A DNA stretch of 63,373 nt, filler included, from Asterionella formosa (GCA_002256025.1; 6 parts of 6 records of this genome joined end to end with filler, not necessarily neighbours in it), one strand, 5' to 3'; numbered from the whole stretch's first letter, positions 1 to 10,923 are shown. Made by a program: numbers and translations. Notes: generated by a model from the letters alone, not told the origin.

Positions 1-258
1 ACCAAACGCAATGCCTGTGCAGCTCATTATTAGTTGCTGATATGCCTTGTCATTGGCTTCATAGATTTTCTTTTCTGCATCAGTAGCAGAGGTTGCATAT
101 GTTGTGTCACTGCATGGTTTCGTATCACTTGCATAGACAAGGCGAAAGCCCTTGATCTTAGATAGAGATAGAGTTTTGACACTCCATTCATGCCATTTTG
201 ATTCCTCTCCATCAAACTATATCAAGCAAATGACCTCGCCCGATTTCTCATCTGCCAT
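1..258 (-). mobile_element. Ty1/Copia gag N-terminal relic (runs off window start), with in-frame TAG
   Basis: Hand translation from ATG 258: MADEKSGEVICLI*FDGEESKWHEWSVKTLSLSKIKGF...IYEANDKAYQQLIMSCTGIAFG, matching the Copia gag 'FDG...W..W..K' and 'N..AY..L.MSC...AF' pattern; TAG at 219-217. Confidence 0.7.
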
Positions 259-2586
259 GTTGCTGCGTTGGTAATCTGTGTAAAGCAATAGGTCCATTTA
301 TAAACGTGTTAAATTCCTTACACCAGTAGCAGTACACGTTTGTACACGCTGTATGCTATAGTCTTTCTCTTAGACAAGTTAAATGTAGACAGCAACGTTT
401 TGCTTCTTTATTTTATTGTGAGCTTATAAAACTAGAAATCGATTTACAATCGATTCAACTCCAATTATTTCAGATCAGTTGGATCTTGGATCTTTTGTCC
501 AAACTTTCATACAGATAACCAAGTAATGATAATGATCTGTTCCTGATCATTCAATCATTCTTTTACTTCATAACACATATAGAATATTGTTTTACTTACA
601 TTGTCGACAGCTCCAATGGCGACGACATGCCTGTGAATAGTTCATTACATAGAACATTTACCTTTCCAAATATTCCATCCCATCTTATTAATTGTATGTT
701 CGTCTTCATTAACATTAGTTCAAATATTTCTCACCGGAAACAGTTTCTCTAAATAATATTGACGACATGTACATTGATGGAATGCTGTTAACCCTAACTC
801 AAATCATCCTAGATTTTGTCAGATTGTAACCAGCATCGAAAATTCGACACGATGTTATTAAGCAACCAAAGTATGAAACGGAAATCGAAAGGTAAGACAT
901 GAAAATGACAAGCAGGGAGTAGAATAAAAAGTGAAAAAGAAAATGGGTCAGCGGAAAAATCGTGTGAAAATTTGTCAATGCATTTCCATTAACATTTGTC
1001 AACTCACACTTTTTTTGTCATTGCAACGACAAAAATTTCAGAAATGTTCAGATTGGGCCTGGGGGATCAGCAGAAACCGATGCCTGAATGAATTTAGAGG
1101 CAGTGCTGGTTTCTGTATTGATTCGGAACTGTGGTTGCGGAGGTGTTGGAGGAGCAACAGCTTGATAGTGGAGGTTTGGTGCTGGCGATGCAGACTTCTG
1201 GTAGCATCCGGCAGGAGGAGGAGCAGGATGCGTCGAAAATTTACTGGCTGATGTGGGCGTTTGTGGCTTGGAAAATTGAGGAGAACAGGTTTGATTAGGT
1301 TGATAGGGAGCAATGGAGTGACATGTTGTTGGTGCTGGCGAAAGATGTTGCTTGTTGCGACTTGGAGACTTTACAATCTTCGTGCGAGTTTCGATAAAAG
1401 TGCCTTACTAGCATTGGGAAACAGGAAAAGAATAATGGTAGTGTGTGTTTATTATACCTCGTGAAAACAATATGGCAACATATTTCACCTCATTGGACAA
1501 GCTGGTTTGACCAGTGGATACTTATTTGTTGGATCGTCAGGAAGTGGAGGAGTAAAATGACAATAGCCTACATCAAAATTCTCAAGAGGAAGAAATATGT
1601 TTCATAACTAGTATCCTCGATCATGGCGGGAACTCAAATATGACAACAACAATCAACAAGCACATACCTGTCCTCTCTTCCTTGTTGAATACGAGTTAAT
1701 GCAGAACACCAGTTCCATCAGGTTCCGGCTGCTTGCGGAGTTTGCGATAGCTCATTGAGATTGACAACTTTTCGTTGTCATTGTAGAAGATTATGCAGAA
1801 GTAAGAAAAGTAATATTGTGATTAGAAAGCAATGAAATAATACTTTTGTAGAGCAGCGGGAAAAAGCCAACAACACATGAGCACTAAAGCTTGCTGCCAA
1901 GATCTGATTTGAAATAGTGGAAGACACGTAGAAAACATACTACAAAAATATATTTAACATTTAACGGCTGATCATGTCTGACGAAAATACCGGTACAATG
2001 ATGGGGAGATGGAAGCCTCACTTTGACCTACCATAATGTTTCGAGTTTTGATACCCAACAACTCATTGAGGTTGCTTTTGAACAATCATTAATTTATTTA
2101 TCACTGCATATCAAATCTAGCGAAGGAGTTGACCGGAAAGGCTATCGGAAATCAACAGAAAGGGAATCGAAATTTGGCGCCACCGTGATGAAGCAATCAT
2201 GATGCAACAATATGAATCACATGAGAAGTCGAATTATCCAACAACCAGCCAGATCCATTTGATGACGAGTCAGAACTTGAGCAATCAATGACCAGATTTT
2301 GTATACATCGGAGCATGCTGGAAGATAGCAGAGATGTAAATAGTGGAATTGCCATCGACACTTTAAAGAAAACCATCATTTTGTGCCTTCATGTAGCTCC
2401 TCCTACTCTCGTCCAATTTCGGCAGTCGAATTTCCTTAAGTAAACGGCAGTCAATTGAGGGGCTATAGATATCAGTAATTAAATTCCCTTAAATAAACGG
2501 CAGTCGATTTCGGAAATAACATCTAGGATATTAAAGAATTATTATAACATGTGTATTACAACACAAATCGTTGTACCCATAACCCC

Positions 2587-2682
2587 AAATTTGTGTTTGT
2601 GTTGACCAAATTTGGTATTCCTGGTAAGCACCTCGGGTTGCCTACCAGGTTTACCAAATTTGGTCAACACAAACGCAAATTT
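2587..2682. repeat. ~96-bp near-perfect hairpin (MITE-like or TIR junction)
   Basis: Left arm aaatttgtgtttgtgttgaccaaatttggta pairs with right arm taccaaatttggtcaacacaaacgcaaattt (30/31); inner arms cctggtaagca / tgcctaccagg also pair. Confidence 0.85.
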
Positions 2683-3212
2683 TTATAGTTTTAAATAGCA
2701 GTGCATTATATAAGAAGATGGTTAGGCATGAATGGCTACATATAATTTCCTAGAATATTTCAAGACTTGCTCGCTCATACCCAAAATGGCTTGCTCTTAC
2801 AAAAAAAGCGATGTCGTTATGCATATACATATACAAATCAATCATCCTAAAGGTATCATCAATCGTCTGCTTCCAGTTTTGTTGTGCTCATGTCTTCTTG
2901 CTCACAATCCACCTGCAATAAAATCTAAGTGGTCGCAGCCACTATTTATTCATGTGCAATGTCTGCACTGATTGATGATTATAAGGCGAAATGAAGAGAC
3001 AGAGCAAATGATATCATTCTATACATTTGTTTGTTAGCTTTAATGTCACTACTTGAAGATATTGTGTTCACTACAGACCTTTGTTACTGTATCATCCTTT
3101 GTAAAATGGCATCTGCAGCATTGAACTTATTTTCCAGACAAAACGCAGTCCACTCAATTTCTCCGCTGGTACCTCATGATCATCTCAATCTACGAGCTGA
3201 AATTCATTTGGA

Positions 3213-3465
3213 TTTGCTGCCAATTCCTCTTGCAGCTGTTGAAATTGATTTTCAATGTCATCAAGACTGGATTGATTTCACCTCCATCCCCATGGGATTT
3301 GATACAATCTTGTCGTTGAAAGTCGGGAATATGTTGGGATTGCTGCCAATTGCTCTCGCCTTTGATGAAATTGATATTCAATTTCATCGAAAACTTGATT
3401 GATTTCACCTCCATTCCTATGGGGATTGATAAGAACTAGTTGTTGAAAAGCGGGAATAGGATGGG
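3213..3465. repeat. Diverged 2-copy ~127-bp tandem repeat inside a decayed minus-strand coding relic
   Basis: ttgctgccaatt...gaaattgat..tcaat...gattgatttcacctccat.cc.atggg occurs near 3213 and 3340; minus strand reads GGEINQVFDEIEYQFHQRREQLAAIP with frameshifts and stops. Confidence 0.7.
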
Positions 3466-3935
3466 CTCAGTCCATGGCATGGGCAAACAAACGATACAAG
3501 TTCCTCTGACTGCCTTCATTTTGGAGTGAAAAGTCGCTCTTGGAGAGAAATAACTCGTTGTGAAAGATCTGTTGGCCTGTTTTGACGGTCAAAGGCTTGC
3601 TTCTTGAGAGAAGCTGAAATTTCTATGTCTCTATCTCATGTTTACGTTTGCTCATGGAGCGAGAGGTAAGCTGACATGCTGGTCAGTGACTCACGCTGGT
3701 GAAATTATGGAACTCATGTGGACAATGAGCAAGAGGCTGCGTAACACGCGAGAGGATACATCGCTATGAAACTCTAATTGTTATAAATTAAAGTTAAATT
3801 TATATATAATGTCAGATGACTAATCTAAAAAATCTTGATTATTAGAGCGTAACGACGTTATTATGTATCAAATCGCCAAAATAATTTGTGTTCTAATACA
3901 CACATAATTTAATAATTTTTTAATATCAGAGCGCG

Positions 3936-4200
3936 CCCTAACCCTAATTCATCATCATTATGTTTACATTCATACACGACCAACATTCTGGTAAGTACAG
4001 CATGTGCAGTTCTACATGTTCGTAGCAACAAACAAACAGCCCATCCTAACTCACTCATTCTCATACCAGCGTACATCCATAGGATTAGTCATACTGTGTC
4101 CTACAGTACATGCCCATCCCTAGAAGGGCTGGTTGCTCTATAGGGATGATGCCTAGAGGCGTCTTCCCTTTTCCCTAACCCTAACCCTAACCATAACCCT
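3936..4200 (-). repeat. Dispersed repeat element tipped with telomere-type (TTAGGG)n tracts, copy 1
   Basis: CCCTAA tracts at 3936-3947 and 4173-4200; body 4080-4172 (minus: aaggga..gcc..taggcatcatccctatagagcaaccagcccttctagggatggg) aligns with 62255-62370 on the plus strand. Confidence 0.7.
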
Positions 4201-4354
4201 CATTGAAGCATGATTCTCCATTGCAGACAGAATCTTCCTGATACCTTCTTGTTCAGCAATTGTCACCTTATTGCTATCATTTGAAGCCAAGCTCCAAAGT
4301 GCTCCACAACCATCGTGTTGCACATTAGCATTTGAACCATGATTCTTCATTGCA
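4201..4354 (-). pseudogene. Isolated ARM-repeat cassette (~1.2 units) flanked by telomere-like tracts
   Basis: Translates AMKNHGSNANVQHDGCGALWSLASNDSNKVTIAEQEGIRKILSAMENHAS, the same family as the adjacent gene's ARM units; flanked by CCCTAA tracts 4173-4200 and 4355-4378. Confidence 0.85.
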
Positions 4355-4456
4355 ACCCTAACCCTACCATAACCCTAATTCACAATCAACATGTAACAGT
4401 TGCAAAATTACAAAAATGAATACTAATTACCAGAATGACCATTTCCAAAATAGAGA

Positions 4457-6898
4457 TCAACTCCTAGTGTTCAATATGCCAAGTGCTCCATTACCCATTT
4501 TTTCCACATCAGCATTGGAGGAATGATTCTTCATTGCAGACAGAATTGTAGCAATACCTTCTGCTTCAATAATTGTCTCCTTATTGCTATCATTTGAAGC
4601 CAAGTTCCAAAGTGCTCCACAACCATAGAGTTGTACATTAGCATTTGAAAAATGATTCTTCATGGCTGACAAAATCGCTCTGATACCTTCTTGTTCAGCA
4701 ATTTTCATCTTATTGCTTTCATTTGAAGCCAAGTTCCAAAGTGCTCCACAACCATAGAGTTGTACAAAAGCATTTGAACCATGATTCTTCATTGCTGACA
4801 AAATCGCTCTGATACCTTCTTGTTCAGCAATTGTCACCTTATTGTTGTCATTTAAAGCCAAGTTCCAAAGTGCTCCACAACCATAGTGTTGTACATTAGC
4901 ATTGGGCAAATGATCCTTCATTGCAGACAGAATTGTAGTGATACCTCCTGCTGCAGCAATTGTCACCTTGTTGTTGTCATTCTCAGCCAAATTCCGAAGT
5001 GCTGCACAACCATAGTGTTGCACTTTATCATTGCCTAAATGATTCTCCATCACAGATACAATCATAGGAATACATCCTGCTTCAGCAATTAACACCCTGT
5101 TGTTGTCATTATTCACGGCCAAGTTCCAAATTGCTAGACAACCATAGTGTTGCACATCAGTATTGGAAAAATGATTCTTCATGGCAGACCGGATCGTAGT
5201 GATACCTCCTGCTTCAGCAATCGTCACCTTGTTGTTGTCATTATTATAAGCCAAGCTCAAAAGTGCTCCACAACCATAGTGTTGCACATAAGCATTCTAT
5301 GAATGATCCTTCATTGCAGACAGAATTGCAGTGATACCTCCTGCTTTAGCAATCGTCACCATGTTCTTGTCATCATTCACAGCCAAGTTCATAAGTGCTC
5401 CACAACCAAAGTGTTGCACATATGCATTGTATGGATGTTTCTTCATCGCAGACAGAATGATACCTCCTGCGTCAACAATCGCCATGTTGCTGTTGTTGTC
5501 ATGATTGCCAGCCAAGCTGAAAAGTGCTCCACAACCATAGTGTTGCACATAAGCATTCGATGAATGAGCCTCCATTGCAGACAGAATTGCAGTGATACAT
5601 CCTGCTTTAGCAATTGCCACCTGGTTGTTGCCATTTACAACCAAGTTAAGAAGTGCTGCACAACCATAGTGTTGCACATCAGCATTGGATGGAAGAGTCG
5701 TCATCGCAGACAGGATTGCAGTGATACCTCCTGCTTTAGCAATTGCCAGCCTGTTCTTGTCATTATTGAAAGCCAATTTCGCAAGCTCGAAGAGACTTTC
5801 TTTTTGAATATCAGCATACCGCTCATTCATTTTCATCTTTGAAATAATTGCAGCAATCGGAGACGACATTGAAGTGGCAGTAGGCCTATGGGTATTCATA
5901 AATTCATGATCGCATCTGGGGCAGCTATCTCGCACAGTCGTCCAACCTCCAAACAAAGACATTCTTCTAATCTGAATGTCTGCATGATAAGGACAGAGTC
6001 CCATCTCGAAAAGCTCAAATTGTATGGCATCTCCAATTCTATTGAGATCAAGTTTAGTCAAGTCAGGATTCATCTTAAGAACCTGTGCAATGGCCTTGGC
6101 ACCATCAACACCAATGGAATTATATTGGAGATCAAGTTCAGTCAAGAAAGTATTGACCTTGAGGGCCTCTGCAATGGCCTTCGCGCCATCATCACCAATT
6201 GAAGTACTATTGAGATTAAGTGTAGTCAAGACCTTATTGTTCTTGAGAGCATTTGCAATGGCCTCGGCACCATCATCACCAATCCGATTACCATTTAGAT
6301 CAAGTTTAGTCAAGACGGTATTGTTCATGAGGGCCTTTGCAATGTTATTGGCGCCATCAAAACCAATTGAATTATATTTGAGACCAAGTTCAGTCACGAA
6401 AGTATTCATTTTGAGGACCTTTGCAATGTCCTTGGCGCCATCATCACCGATGGAATTATAATTGAGACTAAGTTTAGTCAAGACAGTATTGCTCATGAGA
6501 GCTTTTGCAATGGCCTTGGCGCCATTAACACCAATTGAATCATCAGAGAGATGCAGTGTAGTTAAGTCTCTGTTAACCTGGAGGGCATCCGCAATGGCCC
6601 CGGCGCCGTCATCACCAATTGAATTACCTTGGAGAAAAAGTTCAGTCAAGACAGTATTGACATTGAGAGCCTTTGCAATGGCATTGGTGCCATCAAAACC
6701 AATTGACTTGTAACTGAGAGAAAGGTAAGTCAAACTTGGATCATTATTTTTCAACCGTTCGACAGATTTTTCTAATTCTGTTTCTGTATATTTTTCACCA
6801 AATAGGGAAGAAGGATGATGTGCTGCATTTGTTGTTGAGATTGGCTGAGTTGTGCTGGCTGCTGATGGTTCGCTGTACCAACCAAATAATCGAAGCAT
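4457..6898 (-). CDS. RI-like LRR (8+ x 28 aa) + CPxH..CPxC motif + ARM repeat (10+ x 43-44 aa) protein, split by one in-frame TAG at 5299-5297 (truncated 533-aa product or pseudogene)
   Basis: ORFs 5297-6898 and 4457-5287 are in the same frame, joined by CAT TCA TAG AAT GCT TAT GTG CAA CAC (sibling unit has CAT TCA TCG AAT); LRR consensus LTxLxLxxNSIGDDGAKAIAxALxxNTx; ARM consensus VQHYGCGALxNLAxNxxNKVTIAxAGGITxILSAMKNH. Confidence 0.9.
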
Positions 6899-7054
6899 TG
6901 TAAACGTCGTCGTGAAGGTAAATGCAGTTGTCTATTGTTTATTCGAGCGACTTCTTGTTTGGTTCTTGTTCTGCTGGAGAAATTATTTTAGCGTAGAAAA
7001 TCCCGGTATAAATTACATACTACATATTGAATCAAATGAATCAAAAAAGAACAT

Positions 7055-8255
7055 GGTACCAGAGAAAACTCAGAATTCGAAAACAATCTATATCACCAGT
7101 AAAACCCATAATTCTACTTGCAGATGAAAATGAAGATGAAAACATCGTAATCAATAGCAATGATATAATCAACCAAAATGAAAATGAAAGTCAACCTGAG
7201 ACTCAAACTGAGAATGCAGACGAAAGCGAAAATGAAGATGAAAACATCATAACAAACCAAAATGAAGATCACGAAGAAGTTGATCTGGCTGATATGGTCG
7301 ATGTAGAAGTCCAAACAGATAATGAGGACAACACTCAAACTCAAATGGACAACAGATACGGCAGGCGAAGCAGTTCAATACATTCTGCGGGCTCGAAAAC
7401 CTCGAGACTATGGGCATTTGCATTGTACTCTTGAGAGCATTGCCATGACGCAGCACAGTATTACAAAAGGCCTTAAGCTCTTTGGAGATGCTGGAGTCAA
7501 CGCAATAATGAATGAATTGCATCTACTTCATGATCGTGGAGTGCTCGAATCCAAAACTGCTGCCCAATTGTCCCCAGAACAGCGCAAGGACACATTACAG
7601 TATCTCATGTTTCTTAAACAGAAAAGAAAAGGAACAATTAAAGGAACAGGGTGCGCCGATGGACGCAAACAACGAGCAACTACTACAAAAGAGGAGGCTA
7701 GTTCACCAACAGTGGCCATCGAATCAGTAATGTTATCCTGTGTCATAGATGCGAAAGAAGGACGTGATGAAGCAACAGTGGACATTCCTGGGGCTTTCAT
7801 GCAGGCTGACATGGAAGATACAGTACATATGAAGCTAGAAGGAAAAATGGCAGAGTTTTGGTCCGAATTGACCCAAAAATGTACAGGCAGCACGTCCAGA
7901 TTGAGAAAGGGAGAACAGTCGTATACGTGGAGCTCAAAAAGGCACTGTATGGCACATTGAAGGCCGCCCTAATGTTCTGAAAGATGCTCAGTTCACAACT
8001 TCATCAATGGGGTTTCAACACAAATCCATATGACAGATGTGTAATGAACAAAATGTTGGATGAAAAACAATGCACAATGCTATGGCATGTGGATGATTTG
8101 AAGATATCCCATGTCAACCCAGAGGTGGTAAATGACATCATACAGAAGCTCAAGGGTGTATTTGGTAAAGTGGCACCATTAACTAAGACACAAGGAAAGG
8201 TTCATGAGTATCTAGGTATGAACATTGGCTTCAGTGAGACAGGAAAGCTCAAGAC
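7055..8255 (+). mobile_element. Ty1/Copia (diatom CoDi-like) pol relic: IN-RT linker and reverse transcriptase, disrupted
   Basis: Motifs CADGRKQR, SSPTVAIESV, VDIPGAFMQADM, KKALYGTLKAA (after a frameshift near 7855), TGA at 7978-7980, NPYDRCVMNK, catalytic WHVDDLKISH, HEYLGM; truncated at both ends. Confidence 0.93.
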
Positions 8256-8808
8256 TACCGGTGTAGATTGATGAGCATGAAAATTGGCTCATTCTATTTT
8301 AATTCTCCAATTTACAAACAATTCGATCGCCCTGTCTCTATTGCACACTGAATCTGTTGCTTGATCAGCACAGAGGTGCTGCTGCAGATACAGTGGTTTC
8401 AACACCCCCTACAATAGAGCAACCAATACACCCATCCTATTGACTTCTATTTAAGACTACCGGTAGTCTACTTTCCTATAGTGACACACTGCCAACATGT
8501 TGTGCCATGTGGGATGGATCGGTTTCCAATCAATTTTCCGTCCTCACAAAAGTCATGACAGCCATGATAGTTGGACCAAGTCCTAATACCCTACCAATGG
8601 ACCTCACATCATCACATGCTTCAATGAAAACACATCCTCGACATCTCTCTTCATAATCCAACTTCGAAAAAAATTATAATTTGCAATTCTATCGTAGCAG
8701 TTTTTGTGTTAGCTAACAGTCAAGTGAATCTCGGTGGAAGAAAATGACTTTGTCACCTGTTAACACATATTTCTTCAACTGCACTACATATAATCTTAAA
8801 GACATCGT

Positions 8809-10923
8809 CTATTGTTTCTGGCTTCTCCGTCGTCGTAGTCGACAAAAGATGGTTGGTGAAGTACTCTTGATCCCTTCAACACTCATTGGTGCTATTTCCC
8901 CCTCTGACTCCAGCGTTGTGTCAACTGCTAAAGTTGCTTTCTTCCTTTGACCACTACTTCCTTGCGACTGCACTGATGCATCTGGTGTATGGAATTCAAT
9001 TGTTTGAACGGGAAGTTGATTCTGTTCCATGGCGGCATTTAGTCCGGAAGCATTCGCGTCAGCATCTTTATTTTCTTCTAGTTCCAACGACCGAACCACG
9101 GCAACGTTCGGGTCAACCGATATGTCGTCAGTCATTAAGTCATCCAAGCACTTGAACTGATCTTTGCATGTCAGATTATTTTGAGCATAAGCGAGACAGT
9201 CAGCAAAAGGATTGTACGAATGAGTGGCATGAAGACAGTTCATAAATGTGTTGTTGGCTTGAGTATTGTGCTTTTTGCAACTGCAAACTTGGGCAGGTGC
9301 GTGAGGGCCAGTCGCGTTTACTTTGTCATTAGTATCATTGACGATCTTATCGACTCTGGGATCATAAGGCAGAGATTCAAAGGGTGTACCATCAGCGTTA
9401 TCATTGTGCTGTAACGAGACAACTGGTGGTGCATCTGCTTTTGTTTGCACCGTAACAGCAGGAAGTCTTTCCTCAGAAGCCACGTCAGTTGTGGGCATTG
9501 AAGTGGAATCTTTCAATGGCTGCTCCACTTCTGATGGGCATTGATTTTCTCGAGATGGGTCGTCGTTCTCTGATTTAGCAACATGCATTGTCGCTGCTGT
9601 CGATGAGGCGCCAAGGGCATTGGTCGCCACAGAATTATCGGCAGTCAGCTTTGACTTTGTCGCATCTTTCGTGATCACAGGTGTTGTTGTAGCTGACTTC
9701 TTCTTGGCATATATCGCTGTCTTTTTCGTCATTAAATTGTCCTTTCCAGTCGCTATACTTGAAATAGTGGTGGCAGTCTTGTTTTCAAGGGCTTTACTTT
9801 TTTTCGCGAAAGGTTTCCAACCTAATAGCCTTGAAGTATTCTTGGCAGAATCAGTAGAATTGCAGTTCTTCATAACACGAGGCTCCGTCTTAGGTGTTGG
9901 AATTGTCATGTCCTCTCCCTTCTCGACAGTCGTGTCGGGATTTGTGTTCGTAGTAGGCGGTTCAGTCGCCGCTATGGCAGTTATGGTTTCCGTCGCAATA
10001 TTAGGGTCAACCTTAGGGGTAGGAACACTGGATCCAGCATTATTAGTTGTACCCTTCCCCTTCCCAAGATTCGTTTTAGGCTTCTTTGCCATAGTTTTCG
10101 GTTTAAATGTTGAAATTGCCATGCTCCTTCCCTTCCTACCAGTCGCATCGACTTTTTGGTTCGCAGTACGCGGTTTAGCCGCCGTCGTGGCTTTCTTGGC
10201 TTTCGTTGCAATAGTAGGGTCAACCTTCTGGTTCGGAATGCTGGATCTTGCCTTTTCAGCTGTACCAGCCATAGAATACGGTTCAGATTGCTCCTCAACT
10301 TCAACTACCACAACAATCGGAGAATTCTTTGAAGTACCTGAATCATTGAAATCAGATTTGGTGCTAATGGAAGAATTGTCGTCGCTCTCACTCCCAATGT
10401 CGAACTGGTCTCGCGATGAGCTATTTGGAATATCGCATTTGGTCGCGATCATATGCTTGCACTTGTGATGCTTGCACTTTTCGCTCAATATTGGCGAAGA
10501 TATTTTGGTAGCTTCCTTCATGTTGACCTCGCCTCTCCTCTCAGGAGTCCAAAGGTTTTCATCTTCATCCCCATACCAATCAGCTTCGTCGTCCACTGCA
10601 AGGCCGTCTCGATCTGCCTCGTACTCATCAAATGATCTCCACTGACAGTCGCCACTGTTGGAAAGCAACAATACTAGTGGCATTCCACTGGACGAATACT
10701 TGTCTCCATCCTCGTCTTCAATAGCTAGGTCATCTCGCACACAAATATCATAGCGCGATCTAGTTATAACGATGTCACGTTCGTCCACACTGTCGTCGGA
10801 ATGGTAATCCATAGCAGTAGGCAGACCATTGGTGGCATCATTTTGTGTGGGGCAAGCCTTGATTCGCGACGCTGTCCTAGCACCACCACTATTTGCTGTT
10901 CGAGAGCGAGGAAAGAGTCTCAT
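8809..10923 (-). CDS. Hypothetical low-complexity (T/K/A/D-rich) largely disordered protein, ~704 aa
   Basis: Uninterrupted 2.1-kb ORF; first ATG at 10923 (MRLFPRSRTA); internal semi-repeat SSIPNQKVDPTIATK / SSVPTPKVDPNIATE; basic C-terminus RLRRRRSQKQ; no recognisable domain. Confidence 0.65.
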   Translation of the reverse strand: MRLFPRSRTANSGGARTASRIKACPTQNDATNGLPTAMDYHSDDSVDERDIVITRSRYDICVRDDLAIEDEDGDKYSSSGMPLVLLLSNSGDCQWRSFDEYEADRDGLAVDDEADWYGDEDENLWTPERRGEVNMKEATKISSPILSEKCKHHKCKHMIATKCDIPNSSSRDQFDIGSESDDNSSISTKSDFNDSGTSKNSPIVVVVEVEEQSEPYSMAGTAEKARSSIPNQKVDPTIATKAKKATTAAKPRTANQKVDATGRKGRSMAISTFKPKTMAKKPKTNLGKGKGTTNNAGSSVPTPKVDPNIATETITAIAATEPPTTNTNPDTTVEKGEDMTIPTPKTEPRVMKNCNSTDSAKNTSRLLGWKPFAKKSKALENKTATTISSIATGKDNLMTKKTAIYAKKKSATTTPVITKDATKSKLTADNSVATNALGASSTAATMHVAKSENDDPSRENQCPSEVEQPLKDSTSMPTTDVASEERLPAVTVQTKADAPPVVSLQHNDNADGTPFESLPYDPRVDKIVNDTNDKVNATGPHAPAQVCSCKKHNTQANNTFMNCLHATHSYNPFADCLAYAQNNLTCKDQFKCLDDLMTDDISVDPNVAVVRSLELEENKDADANASGLNAAMEQNQLPVQTIEFHTPDASVQSQGSSGQRKKATLAVDTTLESEGEIAPMSVEGIKSTSPTIFCRLRRRRSQKQ

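Noticed and set aside
1047..1410. Pro/Ser-rich open frame on the minus strand (KIVKSPSRNK...APPTPPQPQF...DPPGPI*)
   Set aside because: No start codon or recognisable domain, stops immediately upstream; probably a decayed fragment.
3936..4378. True chromosome end or telomerase RNA template
   Set aside because: Tracts are short, degenerate and interstitial, and the adjacent body recurs elsewhere in the window.
6024..6713. Antisense ORFs over LRR, IWS1, Ndc1-like, CLEC16A, EHD and other genes (for example 9620-10468, 49293-49961, 52958-53683)
   Set aside because: Shadows of real opposite-strand CDSs with no independent motifs.
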